From an uncultured Ignavibacteriales bacterium (lineage in GTDB: Bacteria > Zixibacteria > MSB-5A5 > GN15 > FEB-12): a stretch of DNA of 64,000 nt. The DNA is taken from assembly GCA_964627305.1 (NCBI GenBank), contig CAZVHP010000005.1, positions 162,458-226,457 on the forward strand, given 5' to 3'. The notes below the pieces were generated by a model. It saw nothing but the letters and a program-made list of their open reading frames with translations, ran no database searches and was not told where the DNA came from. This document shows positions 57,423 through 64,000 of the stretch, piece after piece; within the stretch, counting starts at the first letter, position 1, and each line of letters starts with the position of its first letter. The translations under genes were made by a program, and so were the position numbers.

Positions 57423-58703
57423 TTACCTCGACGTTAGCTCACCCGTAATTCTACTATCGGCCTTTTCTGCTGCCAGAAGCACCCTGACCAACTGAGAAAG
57501 CTCCGACACCTGCTCCTGCAGTTCGTCCAACTTCAGGCTCATCTGCTCCATCTGCCGGACTTTGCTGGCCAGTTCCTGCTGGGTCCGGTCCAACTCCTTG
57601 ATCGCCGCCAGGGCAACACCGGCAGGGTCAATCGAGGAAATCGCGGTGCTGTCCTGACCCACACCGAAGGCGGCGCGGAAGTCCTGTGCCGTCGGCCCGA
57701 TATGCGTAATCTCAGGGGTCTGGCTCTTGTAGTTCCATCTCAATATATCCACACTCTGCAGTTGTAGCAAGATCTCCCGACCGCTCACCCTGGCGAAATT
57801 CTCCTTGAGGTTCCTGTCAGAGGCGTTCGTCCAGTCACCACCTTCGGACAGGTACGCCCCGACAATCGTGTTGATCAGTTTGTCGGGTTCGTATGATGCT
57901 GTCCCACCCGTGTTCGTAACGAAGATGCCGCCGTCAGCGCGAATGACCACCTGTTCGGCACCACCGGTGCCGATGAAATCCCCTCACGTGACGCAGTCAT
58001 TGGCAGCAAGTACAATGCAGCCATCGTGCGCCGCATTGCCGTTGTTGCCCATCGCTAACGACATCAGTCCGGCCGCCTGACATCCCTTGCCTCCCGGGAC
58101 CGATGAATACGCACCGGCGGCAACATTGTTGGTACCCGCCAGCACGCCGGAGTAGTCGCCGTAGGCATAGTTATCGAATCCGCCGATGACGGCTGAGTTG
58201 TCACCCAAAGTGCTGTTGCCGGCTCCGGCACAGAAGGCGGACTTGCCGGGATTGTAGTTGGAACTGCCCACAGTCAGCTTATCGCTGATGACCAGATCGC
58301 CCTTGATCGATCCCGCCAGAGCGCCATCCACCGAGGCCACCTTGAACGCAAATGGCACGGTCACAAGCTGGGCTCGCGGCGAGAGTTCTGCCGCACCGTT
58401 GACGCTGACTCCGAGCCAGCACAAACTGTCTGCGAAGAGGCCGACGTCCAGTGGAGTGAGTGCTCCCAGACGGGTGCTGAACAAACCATCAGCAATCTGC
58501 ATACCGCTTTGCGTTTCCTGCCAAATGGCCGTGCCACCAACAGGATCGTTATACAATGAAAAAGTCAGGTTGTGATTGCCGCTGACCGGATCGCCGCTGC
58601 TGTCATACAGCATCCCTTGGTAGGAGATCTGTGCCGGTACCCCGGCATAGATGTTGAGGGCCAGCAGGACAACACCGCCCAGGGCCAGAAGAATCGCTCG
58701 CAT
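57423..58703 (-). CDS. Tail-fibre-type surface protein (YadA-head-like repeats plus C-terminal S74 intramolecular-chaperone domain) with one in-frame TGA (57984-57986)
   Basis: Track ORFs 57984..58703 and 57423..57950 share a frame. The junction reads ...NAAHDGCIVLAANDCVT[TGA]GDFIGTGGAEQVVIRADGGIFVTNTGG. The C-terminal SDRNLKENF...HIGPTAQDF...IDPAGVALAAIKEL plus a coiled coil is the S74 chaperone pattern. The N-terminal piece has the signal peptide and the C-terminal piece has none. Confidence 0.55.
57955..57973 (-). promoter_or_regulatory. Candidate SECIS-like hairpin after the tail-fibre TGA
   Basis: On the minus strand UCGGCACC-GGU-GGUGCCGA, an 8-bp perfect stem with a GGU triloop, beginning 10 nt after the TGA. 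Folded by eye only. Confidence 0.3.
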
Positions 58704-58920
58704 GTTATGCCTCCATAGGTGATGAATCTCGATGACCCTGAGGTCAGGGCCATGTGGTGTAATGTTCGGTCGTAGTCGTGGCGGGCTATACTCGGCGGCT
58801 CAACCGATGTCAGGCCGGCGCACAGTCACTGGCAGTAGATCTGTGTGAATCTCGGTCGGACGTCAGGAAACGGTTGCGGTAATTCCGATACTCAACTGCC
58901 TTCGACCCGAGCAGCCAGGA

Positions 58921-60108
58921 TCAAAACGTCAGCGAGACGCCAGCAGCGGCCGTGACATCTTCGTAGTCATACAAGATGTGGTTGGACGAGTTGCTGGTGT
59001 AGTCAACACTGACACTCAGCCGAAGAATGCTGCCTGCCACTGAACAGGGACGTTCGACACTCACGTAGGTGCGGCGCTGGTTGTCGACGCGTTCAACGAA
59101 CGTCCAGAAGTCTACCATAACCGATCCTCGCTGCTCGGCACGAATCTCCCACGCCGGCAAATACTCCCGGTGCCAGTACCCCGCACCCCAGGTCAGGATG
59201 ATCCGGGGAATCATGAAGGTCTTGATGTTGACGGAGAAGGAGTAGCCCTCCCAGACCGAAGACCACGGCGACACAACATCCGAGTTAATCCCCTGAACGG
59301 TCTTGCTGCCGGATTGGGGTAGCTTCCGCCACGTAACCGTGGCGCTGATCCCGGTTCTGTCACCAAGTGGCCGCGAGAACCGCTTTGACATGTACAGCAG
59401 ACTAAGGGCTTCAGAGTCGTCGGCTTCGGTCGGCGTGAGGAAGCTCGCCTGAACGACACTCGGATCTGACAGTGTATCACCGGTGATACGGTGGACAAAC
59501 AGCCCCGTCATGAAGGTTGCCCTCGTCAGGGAGACACCAAACTCCCCGTCTATGACATTGCGGCCAGGAAGCGTCCAGTTCAGCCCCCCGAACACATCGT
59601 ACTCGCTGCGATCAAGATCATCAGAATTCCCATAGGCCGTCCGGCGCACACTTCCCCCGGCCCTCAGGCGCAGGTTGTCGGCAGGAGCTGTCCCGGCGGT
59701 AACGGTCAGCGCTCCATCGCTGTTGCTGTACTCGTCGAACGCATCCCGATATTCCTGGTGATCAAGGCGGCCTTCCATGACAACCGATACTCCGTCATCG
59801 GACTGGCGTGGAATAAACGACACGGCCACTCCCCCGCGAAAGTTGGACAAGTCCTCAAGTTCCGTCAGACCGCTGTCGAGACCGTAGTAGAACGTATACT
59901 GCCCAGTGAGCGAAATCTCCATAGTGGGCACCGGGTACAACCGGAGCGCCGCGCGCGGGTTGGTGTACCATGCAGCAGCCTCACCGGCGTTCTTCAGCAG
60001 GTTGGAGGTATGGGCCTGATCGAGACCGAATTCCAGTTCGGCTCCGGTTGCTTTGCCCGAGGAGCAGACCAGCAAGGCTACCGAGAGAAGTATTGCGATA
60101 CATCTCAT
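58921..60108 (-). CDS. Outer-membrane beta-barrel-like protein, unknown function
   Basis: Signal peptide (LLVCSSGKATGA), alternating amphipathic beta-strand pattern with frequent aromatic girdle residues, and a C-terminal ...AAGVSLTF ending in Phe. Confidence 0.5.
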   Translation of the reverse strand: MRCIAILLSVALLVCSSGKATGAELEFGLDQAHTSNLLKNAGEAAAWYTNPRAALRLYPVPTMEISLTGQYTFYYGLDSGLTELEDLSNFRGGVAVSFIPRQSDDGVSVVMEGRLDHQEYRDAFDEYSNSDGALTVTAGTAPADNLRLRAGGSVRRTAYGNSDDLDRSEYDVFGGLNWTLPGRNVIDGEFGVSLTRATFMTGLFVHRITGDTLSDPSVVQASFLTPTEADDSEALSLLYMSKRFSRPLGDRTGISATVTWRKLPQSGSKTVQGINSDVVSPWSSVWEGYSFSVNIKTFMIPRIILTWGAGYWHREYLPAWEIRAEQRGSVMVDFWTFVERVDNQRRTYVSVERPCSVAGSILRLSVSVDYTSNSSNHILYDYEDVTAAAGVSLTF

Positions 60109-60117
60109 CCGGCGGCC

Positions 60118-60558
60118 TCAGAAGCAGATGCCACCGACACAAACCTTGCCGGAGGCGCCCGCAGCTATGCCGTTTCCGGGGCCGAAATCCTCCCCGGCGT
60201 AGAAACCACCCCGGAACGTGCCAAGATCGCGCACCGTACTTTGGCGCAGCTTGAAGCGTTCCTGCCGCGAAAGTCCAGCCAGCAAATCAGCCGACTTCAC
60301 CTCGACAGCGTCAAACATACCGGCGATCTGAGTGCCACCTGCGGCTAGGAACGGAGTCTCACCGGACCTGCCGCCGGAGAACTCATCGGGGATGCCATCG
60401 TTGTTGCTGTCGGTCAGGTTGTCGTTGATGCCATCGCCGTCTAAGTCCACGAACCGAGCGGCTACAGACCCGGCATTCGGACTGCCGACTGGACACACGA
60501 ACAGAAACAGCAGGAAAGTCAGAATTGCGGTTGCATACCTCGCCATCATCCACTCCAC
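60118..60558 (-). CDS. Small secreted protein with Asp-rich Ca-binding-like repeats
   Basis: Signal peptide, DLDGDGINDNLTDSNNDGIPDEF (TSP3/EF-hand-like DxDxDG repeats), and a Cys-containing C-terminus VCVGGICF. Confidence 0.5.
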   Translation of the reverse strand: MEWMMARYATAILTFLLFLFVCPVGSPNAGSVAARFVDLDGDGINDNLTDSNNDGIPDEFSGGRSGETPFLAAGGTQIAGMFDAVEVKSADLLAGLSRQERFKLRQSTVRDLGTFRGGFYAGEDFGPGNGIAAGASGKVCVGGICF

Positions 60559-60659
60559 GATACTGAGGCCCGGGCAAGGACGTTAACCTGTCTTCGTTGC
60601 GACCGGGCCAGATTCACGTACTCAGCTAGCTCAGCGATCTATTCAGAGACCCGCTCAGA

Positions 60660-62042
60660 TCAGAAGCACACGGGAGCAGGCCCGCCACTGAAAAGAAAGC
60701 TGATCAAGTACGTCATGTCACTAACATTTACTACCGTATCATTGTTGACGTCGGCAGCACCGGGGAACAGAGGCGCCGGACCGCCACTGAAGAGATACGA
60801 GACCAGAAATGTCATGTCCGAGACGTTGACCCCGTCATTCTGGCCGTTGACATCGCCACACAGGTACGTGGTCACCGACTTGGTCTCCGTCCAGCCGGAC
60901 TCTTCCTCCCATTGATCGCGAGCTTTGACCATAACCTCGAAACTGCCCGAACCTGGGAACTCATAGGTGTGCTCGCACACGGTATTCGAAGCAAATGGGC
61001 CAACCCAGCCGCTTGTCTCTCCGTTGCCGTAATCAAACATGAAATGAACTTCGTTGCCGTCGGGATCGGCGGCGTAGGTCTGGAAAGTCAACGTCTCCCC
61101 TGCCGCCAGCGTAGTCTTGTCAAGATTCAGGGTACCAGGAGTCTCAGGTGGCGAGTTCTGCTGGTTGCTGATGGTAACGGTTACTTTGATTTCATTAGTG
61201 CCGACCCAGTCAGTTTGAAGTGTCATGTCCAGATCGTGCACGCTGCTGCGCTGACCGGCGGCAAGGATGGCATTTCGGTAACTTGTCTCGTTGAAGTCAC
61301 TGGCCCCGACGACAACACCATGCCCACCATCGAAATACACTGTGGGAAAGCCAGCGAGATTGAACTCTTCGACGCGCTCAGCCGCGAGCGGGTTCTTGTC
61401 ATCGACCAGCGCGACATAATACATCGGATAGTCACCCGAGCCTTTGATAGAGCGGAGACGACCGGCGGCATAGGGACAATATCCACACCAGGTAGCTGTG
61501 GCCTGCTCCAGAAATACACCATGATTGCAGCCGCCAAAGGCGGTATCGCGCGCCACCTGCCCCGGAGCGGCTTCGGCGGCGGCGTCAACCCAGTACGCCG
61601 TGAACGGATAGCCCGCAGGTGGATAGGAGTAGCCCGTGTGCGCGGTGGCGTTGAAGACCGCGGCGACGGCAACAATGTTCGTTTGCTGAATATTCCCGAA
61701 CCCGGCCACAGCCGAATTCCAGTTGGCTTCGTACGTCACGGTGTCGAATTGCGAGAGACTCAGGACCTCGGTAAGTGCGAAATCAAGAAACGGCATCTCG
61801 TAGGGGCTACCCCAGGCGTCAAACCAGTTCTTTGATGACTGGTACTCGGCTACGTACACCTTCAGCGTACCTTGGTAATCGCCGGATCGTTCAGCCACCG
61901 ACCCTTGAGCAGTCGGACGATTCGCGTCTGCTGGGTCAAGATCCGGACGCATCTCGAAATCCTGGGCGGTAAACGCTGTCACACCCAGCAGGGCGATCGC
62001 TGCCGCCACTGCCAAGACATAAGACTTAGCATTGTGCATCAT
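60660..62042 (-). CDS. Secreted thioredoxin-like (CGYC) / PKD-like / dockerin-like protein
   Basis: Signal peptide; ATWCGYCPYAAGRL...FNLAGFPTVYFDGG (Trx fold with a cis-Pro); PKD-like DPDGNEVHFMFDYGNGETSGW; C-terminal GDVNGQNDGVNVSDMTFLVSYLFSGGPAP and ADVNNDTVVNVSDMTYLISFLFSGGPAPVCF. Confidence 0.7.
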   Translation of the reverse strand: MMHNAKSYVLAVAAAIALLGVTAFTAQDFEMRPDLDPADANRPTAQGSVAERSGDYQGTLKVYVAEYQSSKNWFDAWGSPYEMPFLDFALTEVLSLSQFDTVTYEANWNSAVAGFGNIQQTNIVAVAAVFNATAHTGYSYPPAGYPFTAYWVDAAAEAAPGQVARDTAFGGCNHGVFLEQATATWCGYCPYAAGRLRSIKGSGDYPMYYVALVDDKNPLAAERVEEFNLAGFPTVYFDGGHGVVVGASDFNETSYRNAILAAGQRSSVHDLDMTLQTDWVGTNEIKVTVTISNQQNSPPETPGTLNLDKTTLAAGETLTFQTYAADPDGNEVHFMFDYGNGETSGWVGPFASNTVCEHTYEFPGSGSFEVMVKARDQWEEESGWTETKSVTTYLCGDVNGQNDGVNVSDMTFLVSYLFSGGPAPLFPGAADVNNDTVVNVSDMTYLISFLFSGGPAPVCF

Positions 62043-62452
62043 GGAATGATTCTCCCTCTATAGAGTATAGGCGTGTATTTGGCAGACCGACCAACATGTG
62101 GAATATACTGGATGTGCCTTCTATGTCAACTAATTTTATCCACATTGTCAGAATACCCACACTACCTAAGTTGTGTAGCATAAGCGACTTCGACGGCTTA
62201 ATCACTACTAACAAGTACGCTTTTGCGTGCCCTGCTGCTCTGTACCTCACCGACAACAGCCCCGGTGAACGGTTTCGAGTGCCCCGGTCAACGTCGTCCT
62301 CACCGTCCCCGGCTGTGACCGACTGAAATGAGGAGCTCTCGCGACTTATCAGCAACGCATCCGTTCGGCACGGCTGGTCTCCCACGCTATCCGGCTCAGT
62401 CGCGGTGGAGATTGAGAGTTGACAAATCTGTGTCTCCTTGTTTTTTGCGACA

Positions 62453-63997
62453 ATGCCTACGAGTGCCACCAGCATCATCCGACAAGCGATACGAGCTCAC
62501 CCGCTAATCTTTGTGTTGATGGTGGCAATCGGTATCCGTCTGGTGGCGGTGCTCTTTTCCAGGGGTTTTCTCCATTCGGATGATCATTACGATACCATCG
62601 CCCCGGCCTGGGACTGGATCGCCAATGGGATGACAGGCGAGAACGGATACCTCCGCTGGAAGGGCAGCAGTTCTTCGCTGACTGTAAATCGGTTTCCGCT
62701 GTATGTCCTGACTCTTTGGGCGTTAATCAAATCGTTTATGATTCTCGGGTTAACTTCCCTTGACGCCATCATGTATGGTATCCGGGCTGTCCATGCGGCG
62801 GTATCGCTGATTCCTGTGTGGGCAGGATTCTCGATCACACGTCTGGTGACGCGCTCCGACCGCTGGGCAGTGGCCGCCGGGTTGATCATGGCCCTGCACT
62901 TCGCCATGCCGTTCCTCGGTGTCCGAAATCTGATTGAAGTTGTCGGCGGCAGTATCTGGATGCTGGCCTTGTACCACCTCTATCGTTGGGAACAAAAAAG
63001 ACAGGTAAGGTCACTGTACCTTGCTGGGATATGTGCCGGCCTCGCGTGGATGATTCGGTTCCAGATTGCACTTGCCGTGCTGCCGGTGCCTGTGGTGCTA
63101 TGGTGGAGAGACGGTAACCCGCGGGCGGCGATCCACTTCTCAATGGCTGTTGGCATCATGATTCTGGCGTCGGCTTTCGCAGACTGGGCCATCCTTGGGC
63201 GTTTCGCGGGTTCAACCATCAACATCGTGATGAACACCGGACTGGGCGGCTCAATGTACCAGACCATCCCCTTGATGTATACGGTGGTTCTACTGGGGCT
63301 GCTGATCCCGCCGGTCTCGTTTGTGGCGCTGTGGCTTTGGGCACGACGGTCGTTTCGGAGTACTCATCTGCTGCTGCTCGCCAGTTCCCTGTCCTTCTTC
63401 ATCTTTCATGCATTGCACGACAATCAGCAGGAGCGCTTTTTGCTTCCGATGCTGCCCCAGGTACTGCTCATGACGGTGCTGGCCCTCTACCACAAGGTTC
63501 GTGACGACGGGTATCTGTTTCGACACATGTCCCTTACCCGTGCGACATTGGTCTGGGTGCTTGGTGTAAACCTGATCGTGCTGATATTCCTGACACCTGC
63601 CTATGGTCACAAGGGTTTGATCGAGCCGTTGGTTGCGCTGGGGCAAATGGACCCCGAACCTCGCGTTCTGATTGTGCAACCCAATGTGCGCCACTGGCCA
63701 CCGCGCGAATACGCTGACGCCGGTGTCAAGACTGTGGTCGTTCGCCGTTGGGATGCTCTCCATACGGATGAAGTTCGAAGGCAAAACTACGACTACATCA
63801 TCGTCTACCCCGTTCCACCCTCAGCACACAGGGCACATGTTGACTCGATCGAAAGTGTCCTCGGCCCCACGACACCAGCATGGCACATCGAACCATCCGC
63901 GTATGACTGGCTCCTGGCCCGCCTCAACCCCAGGCACAACAGAAGCTATGAGGGCTGGGTCCTGCGTCCTGCGACTGCGGCCGAAAGTGGCCGTTAA
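62453..63997 (+). CDS. Polytopic membrane glycosyltransferase-like protein (GT-C fold, mannosyltransferase/PIG-B-like)
   Basis: A first-loop acidic motif FLHSDDHYDTIAPAWDW after TM1, then about 10 further TM helices and a soluble C-terminal tail. Start at ATG 62453 (the track uses TTG 62438). Confidence 0.5.
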   Translation: MPTSATSIIRQAIRAHPLIFVLMVAIGIRLVAVLFSRGFLHSDDHYDTIAPAWDWIANGMTGENGYLRWKGSSSSLTVNRFPLYVLTLWALIKSFMILGLTSLDAIMYGIRAVHAAVSLIPVWAGFSITRLVTRSDRWAVAAGLIMALHFAMPFLGVRNLIEVVGGSIWMLALYHLYRWEQKRQVRSLYLAGICAGLAWMIRFQIALAVLPVPVVLWWRDGNPRAAIHFSMAVGIMILASAFADWAILGRFAGSTINIVMNTGLGGSMYQTIPLMYTVVLLGLLIPPVSFVALWLWARRSFRSTHLLLLASSLSFFIFHALHDNQQERFLLPMLPQVLLMTVLALYHKVRDDGYLFRHMSLTRATLVWVLGVNLIVLIFLTPAYGHKGLIEPLVALGQMDPEPRVLIVQPNVRHWPPREYADAGVKTVVVRRWDALHTDEVRRQNYDYIIVYPVPPSAHRAHVDSIESVLGPTTPAWHIEPSAYDWLLARLNPRHNRSYEGWVLRPATAAESGR

Positions 63998-64000
63998 CCC

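Noticed and set aside
57423-58703. Tail-fibre/S74 gene taken as evidence of a prophage or tailocin.
   Set aside because: No capsid, terminase, baseplate, integrase or lysis genes lie nearby. The protein has a Sec-type signal peptide and YadA-like repeats, which fits the cellular surface-adhesin class that also uses the S74 chaperone domain.
60912-61835. 307-aa plus-strand ORF. The same reasoning applies to 59491..60348 (+) and 17036..17821 (-).
   Set aside because: These are shadow ORFs opposite genes with signal peptides and recognisable domains. 17036..17821 also runs through an intergenic spacer.

Overview
This is a gene-dense, moderately GC-rich bacterial chromosomal segment with about 50 protein genes and 4 tRNAs (Tyr, Phe, Cys, Gly). 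I saw no rRNA, CRISPR array, transposase, integrase or prophage block.

Contents in order:
- partial MATE exporter
- Wzx-like flippase plus rfbD-rfbA-rfbC
- a two-component cluster (sensor kinase, CBS protein, receiver::DASS/SLC13 transporter fusion, stand-alone receiver)
- ROK kinase, a lipoprotein, a PEP-CTERM protein, hisS and a GlcD-like FAD oxidase
- three DUF1573 paralogues
- a roughly 10-kb minus-strand block: Yip1-like, TolC, MacA-like adaptor, ABC ATPase, two FtsX permeases and two GWxTD proteins
- membrane pyrophosphatase
- a zinc-ribbon/PEGA/TPR protein, a small Cys-rich 'two-CW'-like protein and an S9 peptidase
- YjbQ, a SPOR lipoprotein, a cysteine-synthase-family enzyme and a small ferredoxin
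- a 1067-aa beta-helix/PPC/cysteine-peptidase-like/dockerin-like secreted protein
- GT-C-type membrane proteins and a glgA/galT-like/nucleotidyltransferase-like cluster
- a signalling block: kinase-like protein, PAS histidine kinase, receiver::GcvH-like fusion, methyltransferase and MTA/SAH nucleosidase
- a surface-protein block with dockerin-like C-terminal tags

The repertoire (GWxTD, DUF1573, PEP-CTERM, dockerin-like tags) suggests an uncultivated FCB-superphylum-type organism. That is inference only.

The most notable observation is that three genes are each interrupted by one in-frame TGA, and reading through restores a full-length protein collinear with its homologues:
- In a DUF1573 paralogue the TGA sits on the first Cys of the CGCT motif, where both in-window paralogues have Cys.
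- In a HesB/IscA-like protein it sits on the IscA Cys35-equivalent.
- In a tail-fibre/S74-chaperone surface protein it creates a C-x-x-TGA context.

Each TGA is followed by a GC-rich hairpin, and TGA is a normal stop for many other genes here. Together this points to local selenocysteine recoding, but it has to be tested against sequencing error or pseudogenisation.
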